From positions 31,372,001 to 31,436,000 of the forward strand of contig OX638153.1 of NCBI GenBank assembly GCA_951804945.1: DNA of 64,000 bases, given 5' to 3'. Below, in pieces: positions 35,673-48,244 of this stretch. The stretch is from Podarcis cretensis. Lineage: Eukaryota. The translations under genes and the position numbers were made by a program. Each line of letters opens with the position of its first letter. The stretch's first letter is position 1. The notes below the pieces were generated by a model that saw nothing but the letters and a program-made list of their open reading frames with translations, ran no database searches and had not been told where the DNA came from.

Positions 35673-35985
35673 TGTTGATTTGTAGCATCCAAGTGCACAG
35701 CGGAATGATGAGGAATACGTGCCAACATGCTCTGTATTGCTTTATTTACATTTCATAGCTGGTAGATTACAGAAAACCATCTTGTCTCTGCCGAAGCAGA
35801 AAAATGCATCCTCTCTCCTCTGAAGCACAGAGAGAATCACACTGAACAGTGAAAAACAGGAAACCAGTGTACGTCACATCCAGCCTCCCTTTCCCATGGG
35901 AAAACTCCAACAGTAACTCTGTGGAATGTAAACATTGTCTTGTGACAAGCCTTTCGCTGCACAGTGAAGAGAGCAGAAACCAACA
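35673..35985 (-). repeat. 5' LTR of the copia element
   Basis: 313 bp, identical by eye to 30887-31199; TG...CA ends; adjacent to the PBS. Confidence 0.97.
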
Positions 35986-37139
35986 CTTTCATGTAGGAAA
36001 CGTGACACCAAACTACTGCTTGGAAGGGAGTGATTCGTTTATTTACAGCCCTCCTGACTTACGGCGTTTCCATGTGACCTCTTTATTTGGCATTCCTCCT
36101 CTGCAGGGAGACGAGAGGCTGTCTTTAATTCTGACCTGTTTGCAAGGATGTTAGATGACGTTATGTCAAAGCAGACATTACCAACACGATTTCCAGAACA
36201 TTTCCCCCCGTCACTTCCCTTAACACAAAAGTCCTGTCTTTTGGGGAGGTGGGTTTGTTGCTCAAGAGCTTCCCAATCAGCTATGATTGTAAACCTGAGT
36301 TTGGTAGTAGGAGATTGAAAGTGCCCTGAGGGTAAGGTTCTAACAATGACAGCTTATTGTATTTCACTGGGTCTGCCGAAATTTTAGAACTTCAGTAAAC
36401 ACTGCAAAGATGTCCAGCTTTGACCTGAAATGCAGTGTGCACATATGCAGGCAAACGGATGAGGCACACTCCAGTTGAAGGAGCACCCTAATGAGAAAAC
36501 ACTCCATGCCTCACCTTTGTTGCACGTTGGGTTTTCATCCCCACCCTTCAGTTAAAGGAAGATCACTCTGGGTCTTCTCTCTTCACATATGCAGTATAAT
36601 GCCTGAACAACAGCCATCTGCAGCTCCTCCAGAGCCATTAAGATTTAACACGTAATCTGACAATCAACGCCATTTTGCAAACACTTCATGGGCTGGCCTC
36701 ATGAATGGAGGACTGAGCGGCAAAATCGACTGCAGCACTTCAGAGTGTGGGTGAGAAGATGCTTAAAAAAATAAACACCTCCCTTCATTAAAAACGACAA
36801 CAACTGAACAACACAGCAGATAAAGGACCGAACTGGAGCTTTCCCCCATAATGTGGAAGTTTCCAATTTGTAGGCTTTCTTGTCAGTTTAATGCAGAAGG
36901 ACATTAAAAAGAAGATCCCCTCTACTTATGTTTATTTGTTTAACGAGATTGTCATGCCGATTAAATCAGCAGAACGTCTCTAAATGGTTTTACGTAAAGC
37001 AATAAGAAATATTCAATAAGATTACAAATAAAAATCAAACCTGGGAAACAAGTTGATCAAAATGTAAGCAGTTTTAAAACAAGCATATGTCCTAAAAGTA
37101 CATGTGGAAAAGTACATGTCTGGGTAGGCTTTGCCAAAC

Positions 37140-37142
<3 letters not shown>

Positions 37143-37186
<44 letters not shown>
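37143..37186. repeat. (TC)n microsatellite
   Basis: About 22 units. Confidence 0.95.
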
Positions 37187-37188
<2 letters not shown>

Positions 37189-37359
37189 GCATCAAAAACA
37201 ATGCAGTTTCTAGGGCCCTGTCTAATATTAGTGGGCAGGGATTTTCAAAGTGTAGGTGATACCAAACTGAAGGTTTGATTCCTTGCAAGCATAGAATGAA
37301 CATGACATGGCACTTGTAAAAGGAACACCTGTATACTCCACCCAGGCAGAGGGCAGAGG

Positions 37360-37580
37360 GCCTTTGTGGTAGTGGCGCCCACCCTGTGGTAGGCCCTCCC
37401 ACCAAATGTTAAGGAGATGAGTAATTATATAACATTTAGGAAACATCTGAAGGCAGACCTGTATAGGGAAACTTTTGAAGGTTTAATGTTTTGCTATGTT
37501 TTTATATATGCTGGAAGCTGCCCAGAGTGGCTGGAGCAACCAAGTCAGATGGGTGGGGTACAAAAAATAAATTATTATTG
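37360..37580 (+). mobile_element. L2-type LINE 3' end
   Basis: GCTGCCCAGAGTGGCTGG...CAGATGGGTGGGGTA tail followed by AATAAATTATTATT; reverse copy at ~62035-62140. Confidence 0.7.
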
Positions 37581-37959
37581 CTATTTCTGCTGCCTCAGTC
37601 TGCTTTAGGTATAGACCAATGCCTTCTTCAGATATTCATTGTGGACATGAGAAGGTAAAAATGTGCAGAAGGAAAGAGGTGCAGGCATTAGCCTCACCCT
37701 CAATATTGTGGGGCTCAGCTCTTCTACTTGCAAGTTTTGCATGTTTAGTACATAGGTCTGAAGGGGGCCTTGTAAACAAATGTGATTATAAGCATCTTTG
37801 TGATCATGTGCTAAGGATGCGTGGAACTGTCCATTTCAGTTCTCTCAAGTTCCCATTTCCCAGTGTTAAATAATAATAAATAATAATAAAAAATTTTATT
37901 TATATCCCGCCCTCCCCGGCCGAAGCCAGGCTCAGGGTGGCTAACAACACTAAAACAGT

Positions 37960-38305
37960 GCATTTTTGCAGTGATTTTTGGTGTGTGTGTGTAGCGCATC
38001 TTCATCAAAACTTCCCTGCCTTTTAGTGAGAATTTATCTTAATAAAGACATTTTGTATGGCAATATATGGATTTTTGTAAAGACACTTTCGTTAATGCAA
38101 TACACTTTTTGATTATTTTCCCCTATATATTTTATGCACAATTTCCTCTCCTAGACACACTTTTGCACATGTTATGCGGCTGGAAATATGCACTGCAAAA
38201 TTCAGAGAAGTGCGAATTTTGTGGGATGGCTGTGTATGGTTTCAGGCAGTGTGAGTTTGGCAGGTGCCTCTTTCAGTGTGAGCTGAATCAAATTTCTCCC
38301 CCACC
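37960..38305 (-). repeat. Old interspersed repeat; homologous copies ~28190-28510 and ~50140-50430 on plus
   Basis: Shared GAAACACAG(T/C)CATCC...GAATTTTGCA segments. Confidence 0.55.
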
Positions 38306-38624
38306 AGGAACCTTGCTTTACCAGGATTCTCAACCAAAAGGAGACTTGTAAATCCATTCAGGCTAACCTCAGAAACCCCTACCAAACCTTTGTGCTAAAT
38401 ATACAAAGGTTAGGGACTGAATAGATACACTGGGGTGTGTGCTTGATGCATGTGTCCCCATCCTTCTACACGTTTGCCCCCCATGTGCCCATGCCATGCC
38501 TGAAAAGGGTGCACACTTTGTGGAGTGGAAGGGAGATGCTACATGCGTTTGTGTGTGTGTGTGTGGAGATATGAAGATTGGGTGAGAAGAATGGCAAATC
38601 AGGATTAGGAGAAGCAATGCAGGC

Positions 38625-38757
38625 CAGCCTTTGCCAGCCTGGTGCCCTCTGGAGACTTTGGACTACAACTCTCATCAGCCAATGCCAGCTGCGGGCTGAG
38701 GCTGATGGGAGTTGTAGCCCAAAGCATCTAGAGGGCACGAGGTTGGCAAAGGCTGCT
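38625..38757. mobile_element. Palindromic hAT MITE
   Basis: CAGCCTTTGCCAGCCTGGTGCCCTCT ... AGAGGGCACGAGGTTGGCAAAGGCTG. Confidence 0.75.
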
Positions 38758-39589
38758 GTAGCCAAAGATGGAAAGGCAATAATCCGAGCCATGCACTCTG
38801 TGTGACTACAGTAAGGCAAATCTGCCTGTGCCTACAGTTTGTTGCAGGAAATGCCCTTTATGAATTCATTGCATTCTTTCTGTGTGGCTGTTGGCACAAC
38901 CAACACTTAAATCATTTTTGCCGTTTTCCACATTGGCACATCCCTTTATTCTAGAGCAGCGAAATAAATCAGCAGTTGATTAATCACCGAGAGCCAATGC
39001 TAATTGGGGAGGACAAATTTTAATTGGTGGATCTGTGAGTTAAGGGCACACTTGAATTTTGCTTCTGGGGCTTTATTATCAAGTGGGAATAAAAAAGCCT
39101 TTTCTTTTAGTAAGACACAAAACTGGTAGGTTTTGTTTATTTGTAAGTTAACAAACCTCTTTTAGTATCTGTAAAGCTATTTGTTTTAAGGTTTTGGTAA
39201 TATACGCAGATTTATTTTTTTCAGTTAACTGTTTGATTAATTAGTTAAGGCGACAATCCTATACACAACTAGGAATAAGTCCCATTGAATATAGTGGGAC
39301 TTACTTCTGAGCAGGCAGGCATAGGATGACACTGTATACATCTCCAGTTAGCCGACAGCCTCACTTTATTCTTAAATCAATGCTAACATCCAACTCAGAA
39401 ATGCCCTACCTTGAATTAAAGACATTGAATGACTTAAAACCTACCACTTCCCATCTAGAAACAGGGATGGAGAGTGTGCAGGCAGGAACAGCATAAACAG
39501 GGTTTTTCTACATGGTCTGGGGCACATGCACAGTCTCCAAGGGATTTTGAAGGAAGTGTGCAAATGGTCAATGGCAGTTGGGTACTCAA

Positions 39590-39930
39590 AAAGAGCCTGC
39601 TGGATCAGACCAATGGCCCATCTTGTCTACCAGCCTGTTCTCACAGTGGCCCACCAGATGCCTGCAGGAAACTTATGAGCAGGATCCAAGCACAAGGGCA
39701 ACCCCGCCTCTCTGTAGTTTCCAGCAACTGGTATTCAGAAGCATTTACTGTCTCCGACTTTGGAGGCAGAGCTTAGTTATGATGGCAGGTAGTCATTGGT
39801 AGCCTTATCCTCCATAACTTTGTCCAGTCCTCTTTTAAAGCCGTCCAAGTTGGTGGCCATCACTACCTCCTATGAAAGGAAGTTCCATAATTTAACTGCA
39901 CTGCATGAGAAGGTACATTCTTTTATCTGT
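39590..39930 (-). mobile_element. CR1 LINE 3' end
   Basis: AAGAGCCTGCTGGATCAGACC tail and TTAAAGCCGTCCAAGTTGGTGGCCATCAC; homologous to the 53590 and 62920 copies. Confidence 0.75.
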
Positions 39931-41734
39931 GTAGTAGATTCTTCTCCTCCTTCTTCGCCTTCTCCCTTCACCCTAAGGTCCCTGGGTGAGTTACAATAAC
40001 AGTTTAAAATACAACATGAAAAGCAATGGGAAATCTTACAATTAACAAATACAATCGCAAAAAATAGGATGGTTCCTGAAAATATACATGTCAGGTATGA
40101 AAGGCCAGGGTAAAGAGATATACAGTTGCCAGTCAATATACATATCCTCCACTCGGGGCAAGGCAAATTGCCCAGGTAGCGTACAAAATTGACTTGGAAG
40201 CTACACATATTAACTGGTCTGTGTACAAAAGGTATCCTGCAATCACTTAGTTCGCTTTCTCTGTCATATTTTGGTGATTAACAATCGTGACTGGGCAACA
40301 TGTGCAACCCCCTACTGAGGCTATCTGTCTCTGTTCACATTCTCCATACTTTCATACCTCGTGAATCTTTGTGTGCTGAATCTTTGTTTGGATTCTGTTC
40401 TAAACTGATCAAGCTTAGACTTCTGTCCTCCAGATCTTGCCCTGCCTTGTTCAGCGGATCAAGCACTCTCAGCTCAGGTTTTGATTCAGCCTGTGCGCTT
40501 GGGCTCTGCGACAAGGCATCCCTTTGCTATTTCAGAAATTGCCCTCTCTCTTTCCGCTCCCCCCCCCCACCCAAGCAGCTTGAAGAATCGCTGAACTGCA
40601 GTTCAGGGCATCATCACTCAATCACGGCCGAACAGCTTTTGATCATTTCCAAAACAGACAGACTAGGGAGCGCATTTGACCACAGGTGTGACATCACTGA
40701 TAGGCAGCCAGGAGGTTCCGCGGGTGCAAAGCCCATCTGCCAACCGTGATGGCTAGTATGTCAGCACAGGATGTCTGCAGATATGAAATACATCACACAG
40801 CTGGGTGTAAATCAGCACTGATTGTGTGCAGCTGAGATAGGTCCTATGCATGGCGCACAGCAGGAGTTCTTCATCAGGAAGAGATATTATGTGGCCCATC
40901 TAATGGCAAACTTTACAGGAGTGCAGGATGCATGACAGATGGTTCAGGTGGGAGTTGGCAAGTTCTGGGAAATATATGAAGGAGCAAGGGAGGGCTCAAG
41001 CAGTTAGGAAAATGGAAACGACAACGAAAGGCACGTCCAGGTGGTATCGTGTTACGCTGCTGGTTTGTACCTTTAGCAGAGATGGGAAGCCAGACCAACA
41101 ACAACAAAAAGAGGGACAATACTGCACAATACTCTCTGAACTGTGCCACCTCCACTAACCCTATTAGCATCCAGTGTAGTAGGTATCAGATAGTAAGTAT
41201 CATCATAGGGATCTCCACATCCCTCTTACAGCTTGTGACAATGGAGCTGGAGAACATGCCACACTCCACCATTCCCATGTCCTCAAGCTAGATGCATCCA
41301 GTTCAGGGGTGGGGAACCTGGGGTCGTCCAAATGTTGTTGGACTTCAATTCCCTTAAGCCTGAACAAGCATGGTCAATGATCAAGGATGGTGGAAACCCA
41401 GTCCACCCATCCCTGATCTAAGTTATTTCTTCTTTACCAATCAAATTTTCTACCCCACTTAAATATAAAACAATCAGTTATCACATAAATTATTTTGTTG
41501 CACCCTCCCTGCAGAGTACCTACCACCTGTCCTCATATTACCGTAATTATTGCTCCCATATTGCACATAAGGGGCTGAGAGCATAGCAGCTTGCCGAAAG
41601 CTACCAAGTGAGTTGATGGCTTAGGCAATATTTGCACCAGGAACACTCAGGCTCACACTCTTAGCTGCTCTGCCACCAAAGCACAGAGCAAGAGAGCAGT
41701 CAGGAGTGAGGAGATAAATCGGTGGTAGTGGTAG

Positions 41735-42120
41735 TGGACGTGGGTGGTGCTGTGGTCTAAATCACTGAGCCTCTTGGGCTTGCTAATCGGAAAGTCGGTG
41801 GTTTGAGTCCCCACAATGGAGTGAGTTCTCGTTGCTCTGCCCCAGCTCCTGCCAACCTAGCATTTCGAAAGCATGGCAGTGCAAGTAGATAAATAGTTAC
41901 GGCTGTGGCGGGAAGGTAAATGGCATTTCTGTGTGCTCTGGCTTACATCATGGTGTTCTGCTGCACCAGAAGGGTTTAGTCATGCTGGCAACATGACTCA
42001 GAAAGCTGTCTGTGGACAAACGCCAGCTCCCTCAGCCTGAAAGCAAGATGAGTGCTGCAACCCCATAGTCACCTTTGACTGGACTTAACCGTCCAGGAGT
42101 CCTTTACCTTTACCTTTTTA
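41735..42120 (+). mobile_element. Sauria SINE, older and longer variant
   Basis: Homologous to the 12470 copy (CTCCTGCCAACCTAGCA, GTGCAAGTAGATAAATAG) with CCTTTACCTTTACCTTT tail. Confidence 0.85.
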
Positions 42121-43155
42121 TTCAGGATGTCCAGGACCAGCCAACCACACCCACACCATACAATTAAAATGCATGGCATCCCCACAGATTCCTCAGAAGG
42201 GTAGTTCACCCCTCACAGAGGATTCCCAGGTTTAAGGATTCCCAGCATCCTTAAACCATAGTTCCCAGGATTCTTTGGGAGAAGTTGTGTGCTTTAAAAC
42301 AGTGGTGTGGAAATGACCATAGAGTAGGATTCAATCTACACCACTTCTGTTCTGTTTTCTTGTTTAAAGACAGACGGGGAGGAGGTTTTCTGAGGAAATG
42401 CAAGGACAGCTGCTGCATCAGTTCCCCAGTACCCTTCCAGACTGATTTTCCTAAAGGGAGTTGGGATTAGTGACAGGATGATAATTGGCAACAATTCCAG
42501 AATGAGCAGGTATTTCTCTTTGTGCGCAGAGGAGAGAGTGTGTGTGGAGTTCATAGATGTTCTTTCCCCCTCTGGACTTTTTCTCTCCTGTCTCTCTAGA
42601 GCTCATCCTGTTTTTGCATTGACACAAACCTATTAATTAGATTTGAGGGGCTAAAAAAAGAAAGCATTTAAAGTTACTGGGCTCTAATGCCAAACCGGCA
42701 TTCTCATGTCATAATAAATCATGGCTACAAAGATGTCACTTGACGGAGCTGTGTGAAATTCCCCGGGCAGATAAAGCCTTTTTCCCTATGAGCGTTATTA
42801 TAAATAAGAATCGCTCTCTCTGTTCCAGAAGGAATCCATTTGAGGGAAGCGCTTTTCAAAAGTTGCATTCAAAATAAAGTTCAAGCAATGCAGATTTCTC
42901 AAATAAACAATCAAAACATGCAGAGCAGACAATGCAGAGGGCAACCTTGGGCTATCTCTAAATGTCACTGAAGAGCATTGGGCCCAGTGCCTGCACAGAT
43001 ACATCAGCCTGGCCTCTCTGCCACTTCCTCTCTGGTTCCTTGCTTCATTTTGGAAATGAATTACAGAGGTGGGTCGGACCAAAAAGGCCAGTTAGACCAA
43101 CACAGGATTATGAGGCAGAACTATTCACTAGTCATTCAACCTACACAATCTAGAT

Positions 43156-43576
43156 CAGGGATGTCCAAACGGTTGACCACTCAATCCCCAGGAGCTAGTG
43201 GTTGATCGTGGGCTCTTCTCCATTCGCAAGGGGAAAAGGAACTTCTGGCCCCGCGCCCTCACCTTGTCCTTCATTCGTACATAATCAGAAAAACAGAAGA
43301 CGGAGTTATCGCTGTGAGGTTTCTTGTTTCCTGAGCATGGATCGGTGAGCGACTTTTCCCTGGCCCCATATAAAAAGCTCCACAACTCTCAGCAGGCCCT
43401 CTAAAAAAAGCTTAAAAACTTCAATCTGGGCCCTCCCCAAAGCTCAACAACTTTGATTTGTCCCCCCCTTAAAAAAGCTCAACCACTTTGGGTCCCCCCC
43501 CCCAAAACCACGTAGATCACTGCCAGTTTTTTATTCTGGGAGTAGATCAAAGTCTCTTGGGAGTTGGATGTCGCTG
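43156..43576. mobile_element. hAT (Charlie/Buster-type) non-autonomous element
   Basis: TIRs CAGGGATGTCCAA / TTGGATGTCGCTG; perfect 8-bp TSD ATCTAGAT. Confidence 0.88.
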
Positions 43577-43693
43577 ATCTAGATCACAGAATTTCACCAG
43601 CTAAAAAAACAAGGCTATCAAATGAGGGGTACCTACTGAACAAAGAAGACTCAGGCAAGATAACTGAACCATGTGTTAAAACAGTGGAGGGTA

Positions 43694-45536
43694 GTCTTCC
43701 GGGTTAGCGCGATCTGGTTAATGGCGGATTCCCTCCGAGCTCCGGAGGGAATCGGCTCCGCTGGAGAAGGGTTCTACTGCGACGGCGACGCGGGGACCCT
43801 CAGAAACCGCAGGCGCTGAAGCCTGCGGACTTGGTGACTCGGCGGGCACCTTAAGCGCCCCCCGACCCACGAAGAGCCTTTTTAAAGGCTGCGGAGAGGG
43901 TACGGGGAGCGGCGTGGTGCTGTGAGTGGACCGCTACTGCAGTGGAGCGAAGCCGCGAGCCATGGCCGGAGACCGCTGACTTTCTTCCCTGAAATTCGGA
44001 CTTTAATTAATCCGTGAGTAGAATGGAATTTGGACTTTAAAATTTCTACCTTTGAATTCGGTACGATCGGGGGATGTGCTAAAGGGAAGTCCGCACCCCC
44101 CCTATTTACAGAAGATTTAAAGCAAGGACTGGAGAACTAAGGTGGAGAGTTTTTTCTTTTTGGTGTTTTTTAAAAGATAATATTTTCATGAGTTTGACAG
44201 AAGAAGATTTGTGCTGGAGAGTAAGAGTAGAATTTTAGAAGCTTTTGTCTAACCCCCCCCCCCCCAGACCCGGGAGTGTCCTGTATGCGAGCTGGAGAAA
44301 AAGGAACAAGGAGTTTGACAGCTGTCAAAGGAGCTGTCAAACGGGCAGTGAAAGTTAAAAATCTTATTATTTAACACCTCTCTGGACTAAATTTGTTATA
44401 TTTGAATTAAAGTGGTTGGGAACAGAGTAGTGAAATAACAAAGTAACGGACTGTTGGGAAAGGACTATTAAGTAACCAGAATCCCCCTAGGGGAAACATT
44501 GAAACACTACAATGGCTGCAGATGGAAAATTACAGGCAGAGATAGAAAGAATGTTTTTTCTCGTGGGAATGTTGCAGGAGCAGACTACGGCTATGAATAA
44601 ACAACTTATAACCTTGAACTCTAAAATAAGTGACTCTGCTGAATGCACAATGGACTTGACCGGAAAAAAATCTGCAGCTGAATTAGAAGAGATAACTTTG
44701 GAACAGGAGGAGAGGGAGTGGAGCCAGTACAGATGGAGAGTACCAACCAGAAGCCTACATTGTTAGAACATAAAGAAGAAGACCTTTGGATTACAAATCT
44801 GCGAAAGATGCGAAAGAGGAGGGAGGAAGCCCCTGGAACACTTGGAATATTTGAATTTAAAAGAAATAAGAAATATGATTGGGGCTTCCTCTTTGAGTAT
44901 GGAAGATCAGCTGACCTTTCGCAGCAGCTGTTACCAAGTACTTTGGATGGAAGAAAATCTGATGAGACTGAGCTAGAACTCCTTCGAGACCCGATGACCA
45001 ACAAAGAGGGCTACCAACAAAATCGGCAGAGAGAGACTGACAGAGACTTGAAGGCCTCAGATGTGAGGAATCCAGGCTAAAAACTGTTTTTGTGGACATT
45101 CATTTGGGAAGGGACAGAAACCGGGGCGGGGGGGGGGGGGAAAGAATTTTAAAAATGTTTATGACCTTTGTGTTTGATTATTATGACCTATTTTTAAGAT
45201 AAAAGGGAAATTCGTGGAAGGAATTTAGGTCGACCTTAGAAAAGGATTTAATATTTATAAGAAGATTGGATAAGTAAAATTTGGCCAAGTAATAAGAATC
45301 AAGTATTTTTTTTAAAATATATATATATATATAACAACAATATGTAAAGGATGAGAGATATGAGCTTGCTGAGCTAATTCAATTGAATTAGGATGTATGA
45401 AGGGGGGGGTGGGGGGAGGTCAAGAACTGGGGTTAGGAAAGTAAGGACATGAAACCTTATATGTGTTGTCTTTGTCTGTGTGTGTCTGTGTTTATAAAAT
45501 GTGAAAACCCAATAAAAAAAATTTATAAAAAAAAAT
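43694..45536 (+). mobile_element. Complete non-autonomous L1-dependent retroposon (HAL1/half-L1-like), ~1.84 kb
   Basis: 16-bp TSD AAAACAGTGGAGGGTA (43678-43693 and 45537-45552) at a TT|AAAA site; CpG-rich 5' end with CTTCCGG and AATGGCGG motifs; AATAAA plus A-rich tail; short ORF1-like frames, no RT. Confidence 0.85.
44512..45080 (+). pseudogene. Frameshifted ORF1-like (coiled-coil-like, charged) reading frame within the 1.84-kb retroposon
   Basis: ATG ORF 44512-44766 overlaps ORF 44718-45080; one frameshift near a GA-rich run (~44705-44720) would give ~190 aa; heptad-like LQEQTTAMNKQLITLNSKI. Confidence 0.5.
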
Positions 45537-47819
45537 AAAACAGTGGAGGGTAAACTCTTGCTAGTCTCAACAAGCCACTACAGGCAAATTATGTCTGACA
45601 CATCATAGTCTTTCCAAGGACTACAATGCATGGAGAGAATGATGGTTTGAAAGTACCTCCAAGTCGAAATCTCCTGGCAAATTGAAAGCTAACTCATCAG
45701 AGACATGGCTTCTTTCCCTGGGTGTATAATATTCTTCCATGTTTGTTCTGAGGTGATCCATCCCACACGAAAGAGTTGTGCCATGGATACAGCTTCCCAT
45801 TGGGACCAGCTCTCGGATCCTGAGTGTGAGCAAATTAGGGCAGTTTCTGGGAAATGGGGGGGGGGCTGATCCAAAATTAAAAGTGGAGGAGTGGGACTTG
45901 TTTTAAAAAAACAACAACTGGAAGTATCAGGAAAATCAAGTACCAAGTGAATTGGAATTGAGTGAGCGAATAAAGAATTAAAGAATGAATGCAAATTTAG
46001 CTTGTCCATATTCCTCTGGGGTGATCAAAGCCAAACTGGGATGTGAGCAAAGGTAGTGCCTTGTCAATTACATTTCTTCCATGATGATCACCATTATCAA
46101 CCAAAGGAACTGATAAATGTTGCAAGCTTGAAATACGTAAAGTAACTAAGTGATCCAATACCCAATATTATCCAAATTTCATATCTTATCTCTAGGGTCT
46201 GATATATTGATATCAAAAGGTATTGGCTCAGGGTAGCTATAGAGCCACAGTTCTCAGTTTTCATGTACCTCTGTTTACATTCAGTTATGACCAATAGAAA
46301 GAAACACATACACACACACACTGGCTTTTTTCCTGATTCCTCTCCAAAATCAAGAGTTTGTCATGACAAACATATAGTTCAGGGAAACATGCATTTTAGC
46401 AGCTCTGAGACAAAACCATTTGTGTGTGTGTGTGAACAAAACGTATCAGCAGAGACATCTGCAAATGGTTATTAAATATCACATGAGATTATAATTCAAT
46501 TCCACCTTCACCAGTAGGAATTTGTTTTTTGGTTTGTTTTTTGGTGAAGATAAATATAATGTAGAAACTAAACCACCCCTAAACTCTCTTTCGTACAACA
46601 CTTACTGCCTGCCTTACAAACAAATTAATAATTATGTGTAAACACACCTTTCAAGGTTATCCAACACCACTTAAAGATTTAACAGAGATGCCACAAAACA
46701 TGTATGGCCTCTCCTGAAATATTAATACACCACCATCAATGTTTCATCAGTTTGCTATCATATATCACCCTTGACAAACTTCAATCATTTTCAACCAGTT
46801 CATGAAAAATAGATATGTTTTCTCACACACCATACCAAGAATTTCTATACACTGCTACCTTAATTAATATCAATTATCCCACCCAAATAGAAAGTTCTTT
46901 ATGATTCCTAATCCAAAAGCATCCCTATGCTAGAAACATTTATAACAAATGTGGCTGGAATATGAATGTCAATTTGAAACATGTCAAATACTGAAAGATT
47001 AAATGGGCTCAGGATATTGGAGGAAACAGAAATCTCTGGGGAAAATATATCTGGGTCCCTAACATTCAGCGAGTTAACAACTCCATTTTGTTGTCTGAAT
47101 AAAAAGAAAAGTCTGGAAAGGCCTTTGGGCCCAGTTCCGTTTACAAAGACAACAGGGGAGAGAAAAGCTCTTTAATGAAAAAGTAGTTTTGAACTGTAAA
47201 GTTTCTGCAGCTCGTATGGCTAATTGGGGTTTAAGAGGCTCCCCTCCCTTTTAAAAAGAAGGATCCAAGGTATTTTAAACTCTCTCAGACTGCAGCCTTG
47301 GTGCAATTCCATGTTATGTACCACTGCCAGACAGAGAGAGAGATGGAGGGAGGGGAAAACAAAGTGCCTTTTTACTTTTAATTGAGTCCTATAAATGTCA
47401 ATCTTGTTTCTGAACTCTCTGAAATTCCTTCTTTTAGTGTGGAACTCCCTCTGGTTCAGGATGGGAATTGACTTCTTGTCACGAATAAGGTAATTAGTTC
47501 CTTCTTATCAGCGAATATGGCATTTTTATCTTATTTTTGGCTTGTTGAGAAACAAATACTCTAGGCCAAATTAAGCAGGATGGCAAATGCGACAGCTGCT
47601 ACTGGGGAGAAAGGAAAAATCCACAAAATAGCCAGGCAGCTAGCTCTCCCCACACAGTTTTGGAACGCCCAGTAGAGTTTACCTCTAGCATCTCATTTAC
47701 TGTCTTCATTTGCAAAATGTGTGCAGGTCACAGAATTCTGATCTCCTCCCTCTTCCCAGTCTGGGATTCCCCTCTGATTTGGTGATTCCAACCTTTGTTC
47801 TACTGGCAACATAGATAAG

Positions 47820-48080
47820 GGACTTGTTCGCACTTCCGCTTGCCCCTAGAAAGCATGGTTCGGACAGGTTTTCTGCTTGATCTGTGATTTCTAGGCATAC
47901 ATCTGAGCGGTTTTGACCTTGCCCTGCTCTTTTCCCAGGGAAAACCTGCTCTTTAGCTCTAAATCAGAGCAATTGTCAATCCAGAGAAAACCTGAATTGC
48001 CATTCCCTCCGACTGAGCACTAAAGAGTGTCTTTCCCAGCGGGAAAACAGTAAGAGAAGAGAAAATGTGGATAAGCTCCT
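47820..48080. mobile_element. Degenerate palindromic MITE
   Basis: Ends GGACTTGTTCGCAC / GTGGATAAGCTCC; internal inverted CTCTTTAG...CTAAAGAG. Confidence 0.45.
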
Positions 48081-48244
48081 GGTCTATTTATGTGGCAGAA
48101 TGAAGTGGTAGAATCCTGAGATAGTTGAATGGACTGTGCCACTTTGGAATGCATGGGGGGATAAAAAAAAATCTAGCTATTTATATTGTAAAGGATCACT
48201 GCAATAAAGGGCACTGGCTCCATAATGGGGCACATGATGTGCAC

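Larger units (their letters stand above)
30887..35985 (-). mobile_element. Full-length Ty1/copia LTR retrotransposon
   Basis: Two 313-bp LTRs (TGTTG...CAACA), 5-bp TSD CTTTC (30882-30886 and 35986-35990), PBS, PPT, single gag-PR-IN-RT-RH ORF with integrase before RT (copia order). Confidence 0.98.

Noticed and set aside
30887-35985. Copia element as contamination from an invertebrate or plant
   Set aside because: Flanked by a perfect TSD within continuous squamate-type sequence, which indicates true integration
45054-45080. C-terminal SDVRNPG resembling a 2A ribosome-skipping motif
   Set aside because: Does not fit D(V/I)ExNPGP: one residue short, no Glu, and a stop instead of the final Pro
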